Under the pieces are notes generated by a model. It was not told the origin of the DNA. It did no database searches and saw only the letters and a list, made by a program, of their open reading frames with translations. Source: a virus. Taken from it: a stretch of DNA of 64,000 nt. The position numbers and the translations under genes are program-made. The stretch lies in the IMG/VR virus record IMGVR_UViG_3300043399_000524, positions 75,308-139,307 of that record, one strand, 5' to 3'. Below are positions 10,715 through 20,563 of this stretch, piece by piece (position 1 is the stretch's first letter; each line of letters begins with the position of its first letter).

Positions 10715-10746
10715 CTCTCCTTATTTGATAAATAAAGTAAGGAGAG
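10715..10746 (+). promoter_or_regulatory. RBS-sequestering hairpin with late promoter in its loop
   Basis: 12-bp stem CTCTCCTTATTT / AAGTAAGGAGAG (one G-T pair), loop GATAAATA (10727-10734). Confidence 0.8.
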
Positions 10747-10752
10747 TTTTTT

Positions 10753-11850
10753 ATGGATGAAATTATTAATATTCTGAATAAGTGTTCTTTTAAAGGAAAA
10801 TATGTTACTGTAATTAAACAGGCTAATTTATGGCATTTGATAGAAAATAGCGTTGGTACTGTAGAAGTGTCCGATCCAGAAAAAGTTTATTTGTATCTTA
10901 ACCCTCTTGCGGAAATAACCTGTTCATCCGGTAATAAAAGGAAGTTCAAAGGTGTCCGAATCGGGTACAACTTATATTGTGAAAATAAAAAATGCGATAT
11001 TTGTAATACAAAGAAAAAGCAGGCAGTTAAACAAGGTGTATTTGAAAAATATGGAGTAGACAATGTAGGAAAACTACAATCAGCGATTATTAGTAGAGAT
11101 AAATTTTGGAATGACAAATCTGCCATCGAAGATGCTAATAGTAAAAGAAAACAAACTAATTTGACAAAATATGGATGCGAGAATGTTTTTCAGAATGAAA
11201 AAATTAAAGAAAATATTAAAAACCTATTCATAGAACGATACGGAGTAGAAAATCCGTCACAATCAGAAATTATTAAGGAAAAAAAGAAAAATACTTTGAC
11301 CGAGAATTACGGAGTTCCTTTTGGGCTACAATCACCTATAATCAAAGAAAAAATAAAGACTACGAATACTCGTAAATATGGCGTTCCGCATATTATGCAG
11401 GTTAACGAAATAAAAAATAAAATGATTGCAACCAAAATAGCAAAGGGCTCTTTTGGAAAAAGTAATTCTTCAATAGAGGCTACTACCTACTTCAAAAACT
11501 ATATAAAGACAAAGGGATACAATCTATCACAGGTAGCGTTTAATGATCCTAAAAATGGATTGTATGAATGGGGATTCAGGTTCGATAGATGGTACTTGTT
11601 TGATTTTGTTGCTTTTGAATTAGGTCATAGAGGAGACTATAAAAAAATTATAGAAATAATAGAATATCACGGACCATTCCACTATACAGAATCCGATGTG
11701 ATGATTAGGGGATCTGAAAAAGCCTATCCATGGAAATCTAATAATACTACAATTTTAGAATCTTACCAAAGAGATATACAAAAACAGGAATATGCTGTAA
11801 AATATCTTACTACAAACTACAATGTTATATGGAGCGAAAATGACAAGTAA
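10753..11850 (+). CDS. Putative homing endonuclease with KYG(V/C)xN repeats and C-terminal nuclease domain
   Basis: Repeats KYGVDNV, KYGCENV, RYGVENP, NYGVPF, KYGVPH; Cys cluster; C-terminal FDFV...IIEYHGPFHY PD-(D/E)xK-like motif. Confidence 0.65.
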   Translation: MDEIINILNKCSFKGKYVTVIKQANLWHLIENSVGTVEVSDPEKVYLYLNPLAEITCSSGNKRKFKGVRIGYNLYCENKKCDICNTKKKQAVKQGVFEKYGVDNVGKLQSAIISRDKFWNDKSAIEDANSKRKQTNLTKYGCENVFQNEKIKENIKNLFIERYGVENPSQSEIIKEKKKNTLTENYGVPFGLQSPIIKEKIKTTNTRKYGVPHIMQVNEIKNKMIATKIAKGSFGKSNSSIEATTYFKNYIKTKGYNLSQVAFNDPKNGLYEWGFRFDRWYLFDFVAFELGHRGDYKKIIEIIEYHGPFHYTESDVMIRGSEKAYPWKSNNTTILESYQRDIQKQEYAVKYLTTNYNVIWSENDK

Positions 11851-12259
11851 TGAAAATCAAGTAAACATGAAAAAGTATCTTAATTTTGTTGATACTTTGA
11901 CCTCTAATCCAAGTAAAGAACACGAATTATATTTGAAAAGGTTGAATGAGCTAAAAATACAAGGATGTGATATCACTCGGTTAGATACCGCTATTTCCGG
12001 GCTAATAGCTGAGTCAGGTGAGGCGATGGAAATCTTGAAAAAGATGAAATTTCAAGGGAAAGAGTGGTCAGAAGATATTAGGTACCATTTGAAAAGAGAA
12101 GCAGGCGATGTAATTTTTTATTGGATTAACCTTTGTATTGCACTTGGTTATGACCCCAACGATGTTATTGCTGAGAATGTAGGCAAACTTGAAGCACGAT
12201 ATCCGGGCGGACACTTTGACGCATTCTATAGCGAGAACCGAAAAGAAGGCGACCTGTAA
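11840..12259 (+). CDS. MazG-like nucleotide pyrophosphohydrolase
   Basis: GLIAESGEAMEILKK...REAGDVIFY...ENVGKLEARYP. Confidence 0.8.
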   Translation: MTSNENQVNMKKYLNFVDTLTSNPSKEHELYLKRLNELKIQGCDITRLDTAISGLIAESGEAMEILKKMKFQGKEWSEDIRYHLKREAGDVIFYWINLCIALGYDPNDVIAENVGKLEARYPGGHFDAFYSENRKEGDL

Positions 12260-12260
12260 A

Positions 12261-12479
12261 ATGGCTCCTTGGGATGAAGAACTGTACTTGTTCACTCCTG
12301 AGGAGTACGAACAGTTACCTGACGGTATTGAACTAACATCAATTAGTGGTGATTCCAAAATCAAGGGCAAAGATTACATTGACATGGATACACGATTCGG
12401 GCACATCGCCTATGGCGTGAAAGATCCATGGAATCATGAACTCAAAGACTTGTTCTTGATTTTCAAAATCAAACAATGA
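12261..12479 (+). CDS. Hypothetical protein
   Basis: Likely start MAPWDEE immediately after the MazG stop; coupled to the next ORF. Confidence 0.55.
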   Translation: MAPWDEELYLFTPEEYEQLPDGIELTSISGDSKIKGKDYIDMDTRFGHIAYGVKDPWNHELKDLFLIFKIKQ

Positions 12480-12670
12480 GATATGGATATACTCCCAGAA
12501 AGACAGTAGTACATCCCTGGGAGCGTTGGTTTGCGTGGTATCCTGTCAAAGTGCATGGAAAACGTACATGGTTAAAGATAGTATACCGTCGTTGTATTAA
12601 TACCTATGTTGATATGGAGGACTGGGAACGATACGAATATGGAAATGTATTTGATTTGCTAAAGGACTGA
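12476..12670 (+). CDS. Hypothetical small Trp-rich protein
   Basis: 64 aa, ATGA overlap with upstream ORF. Confidence 0.55.
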   Translation: MRYGYTPRKTVVHPWERWFAWYPVKVHGKRTWLKIVYRRCINTYVDMEDWERYEYGNVFDLLKD

Positions 12671-12699
12671 TTACCTGATAAATACATTATCAGGTAATC
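12669..12699. repeat. Perfect 13-bp inverted repeat overlapping a late promoter
   Basis: GATTACCTGATAA-ATACA-TTATCAGGTAATC; GATAAATA at 12676-12683. Confidence 0.85.
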
Positions 12700-12703
12700 C
12701 ATT

Positions 12704-13504
12704 ATGTCTATACCATCAATAACACCAAACATTCTTTCTACTCCCAATGGCATGACATTGGAAGAGCTAAAACAAGGATTATTTCAAAATCTACGTTATC
12801 GTTTAGGTGACGGAATCATCGACTTAGAATTAGATCCGCAACATTTTGAAGCGGCGTTTAACTATGCTATAAAAGTATATCGTCAAAGAGCGCAAAACTC
12901 TACCGCAGAATCATATACCTTGATGACAACAATCAAGGATATTGACACATATACATTGCCACAAGAATTTATTAACGTCAGAGCAATTTTCAGACGTACA
13001 GTTGGTCTTGAGACAGGCCCTAGTTCTACTAGCTTTGACCCATTCTCAAGTGCTATTCTAAACACATACTTACTCAATTACAACTGGGCTGGCGGTATGG
13101 CAACATACGATTTTTACGCCGGCTATGTTGAATTAGCTGCACGTATGTTCGGTGGATATGTCATCTACACTTTTGATCCTGTAACAAAAGTATTGCGTAT
13201 TGTTCGTGACCCGAAAGGAACAGGAGAACGTGTTCTAATATGGGCGGACGTTCAAAGACCTGAAATTGTACTATTACAAGATCCAGGAGCAGGTGTTTGG
13301 ATTGGTGACTTTACATTAGCAACACTAAAGATAATCATCGGTGAAGCCCGTGAGAAGTTCGGAACAATCGCTGGTCCAGGCGGCGGCACAACACTAAACG
13401 GTACAGCCATGAAGTCAGAAGGAACCGCCCTACAAGCACAATTAATTGACGAACTCAAGCGTTACGTTGATTACAGTCAGCCGTTAACTTGGGTCCAAGG
13501 TTAA
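12704..13504 (+). CDS. Neck / head-tail adaptor (T4 gp13-like)
   Basis: RLGDGIIDLELDPQHFEAA..YA..Y pattern; C-terminal KIIIGEAREKFG..GPGG..LNG. Confidence 0.65.
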   Translation: MSIPSITPNILSTPNGMTLEELKQGLFQNLRYRLGDGIIDLELDPQHFEAAFNYAIKVYRQRAQNSTAESYTLMTTIKDIDTYTLPQEFINVRAIFRRTVGLETGPSSTSFDPFSSAILNTYLLNYNWAGGMATYDFYAGYVELAARMFGGYVIYTFDPVTKVLRIVRDPKGTGERVLIWADVQRPEIVLLQDPGAGVWIGDFTLATLKIIIGEAREKFGTIAGPGGGTTLNGTAMKSEGTALQAQLIDELKRYVDYSQPLTWVQG

Positions 13505-13527
13505 CCTAAACACTTTTCTTTGTCACG

Positions 13528-13560
13528 CTCCTGTCATAGAATAAGTATCTCTGACAGGAG
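13528..13560 (+). promoter_or_regulatory. RBS-sequestering hairpin with late-box variant in its loop
   Basis: CTCCTGTCA / TGACAGGAG stem, inner AGA/TCT, loop ATAAGTA (13541-13547). Confidence 0.7.
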
Positions 13561-13567
13561 TTTCCAT

Positions 13568-14197
13568 ATGATTTTAGGTGTAACTGGACGTATAGGTTCT
13601 GGCAAGGATACAATTGCAGATTATCTATGTACATTTCACGGATTTAAAAGAGTTAGTTTTGCAGCGTCATTGAAAGATGCTGTAGCAGCAGTGTTTAATT
13701 GGGACAGAGAATTGCTTGAAGGGTCTACTAAATCAAGCAGAGAATGGCGAGAACAAATAGACGAGTGGTGGTCTGACAGACTAGGAATGAATATTACTCC
13801 TAGATGGGTTCTTCAATATTGGGGTACAGACGTTCTTAGAAACAATTTTCACAGTGATATATGGGTTGCTAGCGTAGAAAACAAACTACGAACTACTAAA
13901 GACAATATAGTGATAACCGACTGCCGTTTTGCTAATGAAGTCGAAGCGATCAAAAGAGCAGGCGGAATTACTTGCAGAGTTGAGCGCGGTGAACTACCCG
14001 AGTGGTACCAATATGCCATAGATCATAATAAAGGCCCCTCACATGTGGGCTGGTCATTAGGAAAATCTCGCCTTGACAAACTAAAAATACATGCTAGTGA
14101 ATATTCTAGTGTTGGTCTAGAATATGATTATTATATTGATAACAATAATACTATTGACGATTTACACAAACAAATCAACTCAATAATCAACTTCTAA
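13568..14197 (+). CDS. Deoxynucleoside monophosphate kinase (T4 gp1-like)
   Basis: P-loop GVTGRIGSGKDT, SFAASLKD, TPRWVLQYWGT, ITDCRFANE; start at 13568 after AGGAG. Confidence 0.9.
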   Translation: MILGVTGRIGSGKDTIADYLCTFHGFKRVSFAASLKDAVAAVFNWDRELLEGSTKSSREWREQIDEWWSDRLGMNITPRWVLQYWGTDVLRNNFHSDIWVASVENKLRTTKDNIVITDCRFANEVEAIKRAGGITCRVERGELPEWYQYAIDHNKGPSHVGWSLGKSRLDKLKIHASEYSSVGLEYDYYIDNNNTIDDLHKQINSIINF

Positions 14198-14524
14198 GTC
14201 ACCTCTGCGCCAGGTAACTTCTTTTTTCTTTACAACCTCAACGCAGTTTAGACAGATACTACGTAGATTGGTAAACTTACAGTTATCTAAGTTTCCGTCA
14301 ATGTGAAACACTGTAATTTGAGTAGGTAGTACACTTTTAAAGCCACATAAATCACATGTGGCTTTTTTCTTATATCCTGCAGCCTGCCACCTAGAAGTTC
14401 TAGGTTTTTGTTTATTCTTTTTGCGACCACATTCATCACATATACTTCTATAGTGGGTAGTCCCGTTACGCACATAATTTATAGCACAAAGATTTTTGTT
14501 ACAGTGCTTACATATTGGTCTCAT
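14180..14524 (-). CDS. Small Zn-finger HNH endonuclease-like protein
   Basis: CKHC, CDEC, CDLCGF, HIDGNLDNC...NLRSICLNC. Confidence 0.7.
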   Translation of the reverse strand: MRPICKHCNKNLCAINYVRNGTTHYRSICDECGRKKNKQKPRTSRWQAAGYKKKATCDLCGFKSVLPTQITVFHIDGNLDNCKFTNLRSICLNCVEVVKKKEVTWRRGDLEVDY

Positions 14525-14644
14525 GTTATATTTAGCAACTAACCTTCGAAGGTACGGTAAACCCATTATTTTTTCATTTTTAACTAAATAATAGTATGCA
14601 TTTTAGGTGGTAAACCTCATAATTTTACATAAAGGAAAAACAAA

Positions 14645-17600
14645 ATGGCATTAGTATCTCCAGGCGTAGAAGTTACAATCACAGACCAAAGTCAGTATCT
14701 TCCAGCCCCAACAAATTCAGTCCCTCTAGTCGTTTTAGCAACAGCGCAAAACAAAGCTAATGCTAGTGGTACGGGTGTAGCAGCCGCAACAACTGCTGCA
14801 AACGCAAATAAATTATATCAAGTAACAAGTCAGCGTGATTTAGTTAACTTATACGGAAAGCCGTTCTTTTACACAACAACCAATGGTACTCCTATTCAAG
14901 GTTATGAATTAAACGAATATGGTCTATTAGCGGCATATTCATTATTGGGAGTTACAAACCGTTGTTACGTACTCCGCGCTGATGTTGATTTAGCTAGTTT
15001 AGTTGGTCAGACAAGCCGTCCAACTGGTGCACCAGAAAATAATACTTATTGGCTAAATACCTCAACATCTACATGGGGTATCTATGAATTTAATTCTACA
15101 ACTGGCTCGTTTACACTTCAAAATCCTATTGTAATTACAGACTCTGGTTCGTTGTCTGGTGGTTTTCCTCTAGATAGCATAGGAAATATAGGCGATTACG
15201 CCGTTAACGCTATTCAACCAATCGGGGCGCCTGCTGCAACGACACCGAAGACATTTTTCTATAAAACTTCAAACAATGTTTGGGTAACTTTAGGTGGTGG
15301 CGCCTGGAGATCAGATATACCTACTGTACAAGGTACTATTTCTAATCCAACACTAAGTCCAACTAGTAATTTTACTATCAATGTAAGTGGAATTTGGACA
15401 GCTACTGTGAGCGTTGTAGGAACTTCAGTTAATGACGTTGCTACTGCTATTAACAACTTAAACACGCCTACAGTTATTGCTAGAGTTGTAAGTGGAAAAT
15501 TACAAATCTTATCAAACCAAATTACATCATCAGGAATACCTTCAATCGTATTAACAGACGGAACAAATACTCCATTGGCTAATTTGGGTATTGATGCTGG
15601 TACTTATTATCAGCCTGCTCTTGCGTATGGAACTTCCGCACAAATGCCATTATGGTCAGCAAGTCAAACATATCCTAGACCAACAGGTTCAGTATGGATT
15701 AAAATCGGTATTGCTGGAAATGGTTTATATCCTCAACTATCACAATATAAAACTTCTACAGCGTCTTGGACAACAAAAAATGTTTCACAGTATAATTCTG
15801 ATTGGGCAGCCATTGCTAATTTAGACTCTACTGGCGGCGCCCTTATCCCTGCTGGAACAATCTATGGTCAATATGATTTTGATGGACAGATATTGACTTC
15901 CCCTTACTATTTGTGGGAAAGAATTGCAACAGGTCCTACTGTTGTTACCGGTGATAATAATAGTCCTCTATTCAACTCTACAAATTTAGGAACTGCAGGC
16001 CCTTATACTTTAAATTTAAGAGTTAGTGTTCCCGCAAGTACTTCATTATCATCAGTATATACAGTTACAATACCTAATAATGCTGACGCTACTGATTTTG
16101 TTACAGCATGGTTCGCAGCAAATATACCATATACATCTGCTAGTGTAACAACAGATGGTGCTATTCAATTGACTCATACAGAAGGAGGCGTAATTATATT
16201 AGGCGACTTGTCAAACCAAGTAAGTAATGGAGTTATCGCTGAAGCTGGATTTTCGATTGGTTCGACACCAGGTGTAAAATATGGACCAGTGAATCAATAT
16301 TCATGGACTAATCTTGCATCATCAGGCGGAAGTGGTACTGGGGCAAGATTTGATGTGCTAGGAATCGGTGCCGCTTATTATCTAAATGGAGATGGAATTA
16401 ATGTAGGTGGTAGTGGATATACCGTAGGGGATATCATTACTATTAGTGGTACTATCCTAAGTGGTTCCTCCCCGGCAAATGACTTAAGATTAGTGGTGAC
16501 ATCTGTAGGTGCATCTAATGCTGTTACAGGAGTCGCATATTATTCAGGTAGTGGTGTGGGCGGATATACTACTCAATTGAGTAATTGGGTAGAATTTGCT
16601 TATACTAGCAACGAAGGTGCCCCTGTAATTAATCCTGTAAACAATACCAATTGGTTCTACTCAGTAATCGATGAAGTCGATATCATGGTTCAAAAGAACG
16701 GTTCTTGGGTTGGTTATAGAACAACTGCTTATGATTTTAACGGACATCCGGCAGCTAGTGGATCTGCAAACACTGATCCAAACGGACCTATTATTTCAGG
16801 ATCTGCGCCTACTACACAAAGTGATGGTACATCGCTTGTTTGGGGTGATCTATGGATAGACACAAGTGATTTAGAACTATATCCTGTTATATATCGTTGG
16901 CAAGAGGTTAATGGTATCGATCAGTGGGTACTAATAAACAATACAGACCAAGTTAGCCAAAATGGTATAGTATTTGCTGACGCTCGTTGGTCTAGTTCTG
17001 GTGCTATTGATCCTACAAATGATCCCATACCAACAATTACTAGTTTATTAACAAGTAACTATATTGATTTAGATGCACCGGAGCCAACTTTATATCCACA
17101 AGGCATGTTGTTGTTTAACACTCGTCGTAGTGGTTACAATGTAAAACAGTTTAGAACTAACTATTTTACTGGTGCTAATTATCCAGATGCAGGATCATAT
17201 AATCCAGCACAACCTACTAATACTAGTAACTTACCGGCGTACAGCTATACATGGGTTTCTGTAAGTGGTAATCAAGCAAACGGCGCCCCTTATATGGGCC
17301 GCAAAGCGCAGCGTGCAATGGTAGTCCAATCTTTGAGAGCCGCTATTGATACTAACTTAGCGATACGTGATGAAGATAATTATTTTAACTTAATTGCTTC
17401 ACCTAACTACCCTGAATTACAACCTAACATGGTTGTATTGAATGCGGATCGTGGTGAAACAGCATTTATCGTTGGTGACACCCCATTGGGTCTACCTGAT
17501 GATGCTACTGCAATTCAAGCCTGGGCAACTAATGCAGCAGGTGCAACAAGTACAGGAGAAGAAGGCTTAGTAACACGCAACACATATTTAGGTTTGTTCT

Positions 17601-18241
17601 ATCCAAGTGGAATTACTAACGATTTAGATGGCAACGAAGTTGTTGTACCAGCAAGTCACATGATGTTACGAACAATATTAAACAGTGATACTAAATCTTA
17701 TCCTTGGTTAGCACCTGCAGGTACTCGTCGTGGTAACATTGATAACGCATTGAATATTGGTTACTTAGACCGCGATACCGGAGAATTTGTTGCTATTAAA
17801 ACACGAATTGGTATCCGCGATGTTCTATATATTAATCAAATCAACCCAATGGTATTCTTTACTGGTGTTGGATTGTTGAACTATGGTAACAAAGTAAGTT
17901 TCAACTCACAATCTGCGTTAGATAGAATCAACGTTGCTCGTTTGATTAACTATGTACGTCGTCAGTTGACAATTGCTGCTCGTCCGTTTGTATTCGAACC
18001 TAATGACCAGCTAACACGTAATGAAATAGCAGGAGTTGTACAAACATTAATGGTTGACTTAGTTGCTAAACGAGGTATTTACGACTATCTAGTTGTATGT
18101 GACGAAAGTAACAATACACCGGCTCGTATTGATAGAAACGAACTATGGATTGATGTTGCAATTGAGCCAGTCAAGGCTGCTGAATTCATCTATATCCCTG
18201 TTCGTGTATTGAATACAGGTGAAATTTCAGGTGTAGTTTAA
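14645..18241 (+). CDS. Contractile tail sheath protein (T4 gp18-like), enlarged
   Basis: N-terminal ALVSPGVEV...DQSQY; C-terminal WLAPAG.RRG, DRINVARL, FVFEPND..TR, VVCDESNNT..IDRNEL..DV.IEP.KAAEFIY. Confidence 0.95.
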   Translation: MALVSPGVEVTITDQSQYLPAPTNSVPLVVLATAQNKANASGTGVAAATTAANANKLYQVTSQRDLVNLYGKPFFYTTTNGTPIQGYELNEYGLLAAYSLLGVTNRCYVLRADVDLASLVGQTSRPTGAPENNTYWLNTSTSTWGIYEFNSTTGSFTLQNPIVITDSGSLSGGFPLDSIGNIGDYAVNAIQPIGAPAATTPKTFFYKTSNNVWVTLGGGAWRSDIPTVQGTISNPTLSPTSNFTINVSGIWTATVSVVGTSVNDVATAINNLNTPTVIARVVSGKLQILSNQITSSGIPSIVLTDGTNTPLANLGIDAGTYYQPALAYGTSAQMPLWSASQTYPRPTGSVWIKIGIAGNGLYPQLSQYKTSTASWTTKNVSQYNSDWAAIANLDSTGGALIPAGTIYGQYDFDGQILTSPYYLWERIATGPTVVTGDNNSPLFNSTNLGTAGPYTLNLRVSVPASTSLSSVYTVTIPNNADATDFVTAWFAANIPYTSASVTTDGAIQLTHTEGGVIILGDLSNQVSNGVIAEAGFSIGSTPGVKYGPVNQYSWTNLASSGGSGTGARFDVLGIGAAYYLNGDGINVGGSGYTVGDIITISGTILSGSSPANDLRLVVTSVGASNAVTGVAYYSGSGVGGYTTQLSNWVEFAYTSNEGAPVINPVNNTNWFYSVIDEVDIMVQKNGSWVGYRTTAYDFNGHPAASGSANTDPNGPIISGSAPTTQSDGTSLVWGDLWIDTSDLELYPVIYRWQEVNGIDQWVLINNTDQVSQNGIVFADARWSSSGAIDPTNDPIPTITSLLTSNYIDLDAPEPTLYPQGMLLFNTRRSGYNVKQFRTNYFTGANYPDAGSYNPAQPTNTSNLPAYSYTWVSVSGNQANGAPYMGRKAQRAMVVQSLRAAIDTNLAIRDEDNYFNLIASPNYPELQPNMVVLNADRGETAFIVGDTPLGLPDDATAIQAWATNAAGATSTGEEGLVTRNTYLGLFYPSGITNDLDGNEVVVPASHMMLRTILNSDTKSYPWLAPAGTRRGNIDNALNIGYLDRDTGEFVAIKTRIGIRDVLYINQINPMVFFTGVGLLNYGNKVSFNSQSALDRINVARLINYVRRQLTIAARPFVFEPNDQLTRNEIAGVVQTLMVDLVAKRGIYDYLVVCDESNNTPARIDRNELWIDVAIEPVKAAEFIYIPVRVLNTGEISGVV

Positions 18242-18242
18242 C

Positions 18243-18264
18243 AAGATGCCCTTAGGGGCATCTT
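18243..18264 (+). terminator. Stem-loop between sheath and tube genes
   Basis: AAGATGCCC-TTAG-GGGCATCTT; weak U tail. Confidence 0.6.
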
Positions 18265-18299
18265 ATAATTAAGATAAATAGTATACAGGAGAAATAAAA

Positions 18300-18935
18300 A
18301 TGGCAACAGCCTCTCAATCATTATTCAACATGACCGTCGCTAGCGATAATGCAGGTGGCAACCAAGGTCTGTTGATGCCAAAATTACAATACCGTTTCAG
18401 AGTTAATTTCTTAAATTTCGGTGTTGGTCAAACAGTTGAGTTAACAAAACAAGTAATTGATGTCACTCGTCCCCAAGTTAGCTTCGGGGAAATTACTATC
18501 CCAGTTTATAACTCTACCTTGTATCTTGCTGGTCGTCACGAATGGCAAGCGTTGACTATTAACGTTAGAGATGACGCACAAGGTCAAGTTTCTAAATTAG
18601 TTGGTCAACAATTGCAGAAACAATTAGATTTTGTTGAACAAGCAAGCGCCGCAACAGGACAAGATTATAAGTTTCAAACAAACATTGAAATATTAGACGG
18701 TGGTAATGGTACTGTTGCACCGCAAGTATTAGAAACTTGGGAAGTTTATGGATGTTTCTTGCAACAAGCAAACTACAATAATTTGGCATACAGTGCAAAC
18801 GAAGCAGTTACAATTGCCCTAACAATTCGCTTTGATAATGCAATACAGAGTCCTCTAACTTCTGGTGTTGGCACAAGCATTGGTCGTGTATTAGGTGGTG
18901 CTACTGTAACAGGTATTGGCGCGCCACAAGGCTAA
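18300..18935 (+). CDS. Tail tube protein (T4 gp19-like)
   Basis: Follows sheath; PKLQYRFRV, W..LTINVRDD, ETWEVYGCF...Y..L.Y......I.LTIRFD. Confidence 0.9.
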   Translation: MATASQSLFNMTVASDNAGGNQGLLMPKLQYRFRVNFLNFGVGQTVELTKQVIDVTRPQVSFGEITIPVYNSTLYLAGRHEWQALTINVRDDAQGQVSKLVGQQLQKQLDFVEQASAATGQDYKFQTNIEILDGGNGTVAPQVLETWEVYGCFLQQANYNNLAYSANEAVTIALTIRFDNAIQSPLTSGVGTSIGRVLGGATVTGIGAPQG

Positions 18936-18950
18936 TATCAAGGCAGATAC

Positions 18951-20174
18951 ATGAGTGGATTTTTTCAAAATTTATTAAAAGATACCGTAAAGGGTTTTTT
19001 TGGTAATGAATATGTAAGAGATTATACTCATGCTGCCAAAACTTTTAGGTCGAATGCATATCAATACGCACCTAAATTAAAATTTTTATTTCATGTATAC
19101 TTTGAAATTAACCCTGCTGTCTATGCCAAAGGCATAGCCCAGGGTTCTAATTTTGGTCTTGCTGTAAAAACAATCGATTTACCTAAATATTCGATTGATA
19201 CAGCAATCATGAACCAATACAACAGAAAAAGACTAGTACAAACTAAAATTAAGTATCAACCCATTACCGTAGTATTCCATGATGATAACGGTAATATAGT
19301 CAACGATATGTGGTATAATTATTATACCTATTACTTTCAAGATGCGAATAAACCAGTAGTATCAAGTGCAGGTAGACAAACCACTAATGTCAGTAACAGT
19401 GGTTCAATCGATTTTAATTCTAGAAACTTATACAAACCTGATATATCAGGAGACGAAGATTGGGGATTCATTGGAGAAACTAGTACCCCCGCCGGAACAG
19501 CTAGCCAATTGGCACAGGGTATAAGTAAAATTCCTTTCTTTAAAAGTATACAAATATTTGGATTTAACCAACATAATTTTATACAGTACACATTAATTAA
19601 TCCAGTAATCACGGCGTTTAACCACGATACATATGATTATAGTCAAGGCAATGGCACCATGTCAAATACAATGACAATTGACTATGAAACAGTTAAATAT
19701 GCAGAGGGTGCGCTCGACGGCAGATCGCCAAGTAATATTGTCACTGGTTTTGGATTGGACGCAAATTATGACAGGACACCAAGTCCTATTCAGCGTCCCG
19801 GTGCTAATGGTACTATATTAGGTCAAGGTGGATTAGTAGATGCAGCGGGTGGTTTTATTAATGATTTGTCGAATGGAAACATATTGGGTGCAATTCGTAC
19901 TGCCGGAACTGCATATAATACTTTTAAAAATAAAGACTTAAAGCAAATAGCAACTTCTGATGTAAATTCTATTTTAACCAATGCGGTACAGCAACAACTA
20001 CCGAGCGCCGTAAGAACAAATACATATTATCCCGGTTATGGGACAACTCCAAATAATGTTGCCGGCGCACCAAACTCAGGCCTTTCACAACCACCACAAA
20101 TTTCAAGTACAGGAACGGGTGTCAATACAGCAGTACAACCCGCCGGCAAACAAACTATTCCTGGTCAAAAATAA
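18951..20174 (+). CDS. Tube-fold baseplate/tail-initiator protein (gp48/gp54-like)
   Basis: VKTIDLPKY...NQYNRKR.VQ.KI.YQPI.V.FHDD; tube-like beta pattern plus low-complexity C-terminus. Confidence 0.6.
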   Translation: MSGFFQNLLKDTVKGFFGNEYVRDYTHAAKTFRSNAYQYAPKLKFLFHVYFEINPAVYAKGIAQGSNFGLAVKTIDLPKYSIDTAIMNQYNRKRLVQTKIKYQPITVVFHDDNGNIVNDMWYNYYTYYFQDANKPVVSSAGRQTTNVSNSGSIDFNSRNLYKPDISGDEDWGFIGETSTPAGTASQLAQGISKIPFFKSIQIFGFNQHNFIQYTLINPVITAFNHDTYDYSQGNGTMSNTMTIDYETVKYAEGALDGRSPSNIVTGFGLDANYDRTPSPIQRPGANGTILGQGGLVDAAGGFINDLSNGNILGAIRTAGTAYNTFKNKDLKQIATSDVNSILTNAVQQQLPSAVRTNTYYPGYGTTPNNVAGAPNSGLSQPPQISSTGTGVNTAVQPAGKQTIPGQK

Positions 20175-20203
20175 TCTTGCATAAATACTCTACGGAGATT
20201 TAT

Positions 20204-20563
20204 ATGGCAAAAATTATTGATTCACGAACACAACTCGATCAAACAGTTCAAATTTTTGATGAATTCTATGAATTTAATTTAGTTGTAAGTGGTAGTGAAT
20301 ATGATATTGTTTTTTCATATTTCAAAAGTATCTGCGATACTACCCAAATTGCAGGAAATTTTACTGTCAAATTATTTAGAATTTCTCAAGAAACTCAAAT
20401 CCCTGTTTTAGACTTACTAAGATATATTCAAGGTAAAACACAGCTAGAAACAAATACCGTTATAGCATATTACCTAAACAGTTTTAAATCAAAAACTTCT
20501 CTTTATGGATTTGGTACTTTGCCACAACCAAATGAATCCGTTCAAAGAAACATAGTTCAATAA
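20204..20563 (+). CDS. Hypothetical protein
   Basis: Late box CATAAATA and GGAG RBS before ATG 20204. Confidence 0.6.
   Translation: MAKIIDSRTQLDQTVQIFDEFYEFNLVVSGSEYDIVFSYFKSICDTTQIAGNFTVKLFRISQETQIPVLDLLRYIQGKTQLETNTVIAYYLNSFKSKTSLYGFGTLPQPNESVQRNIVQ

Noticed and set aside
14542-14616. ACCTTCGAAGGT palindrome and two GGTAAACC direct repeats before the sheath gene
   Set aside because: Short, only two copies, not seen elsewhere; could be chance or an ordinary operator
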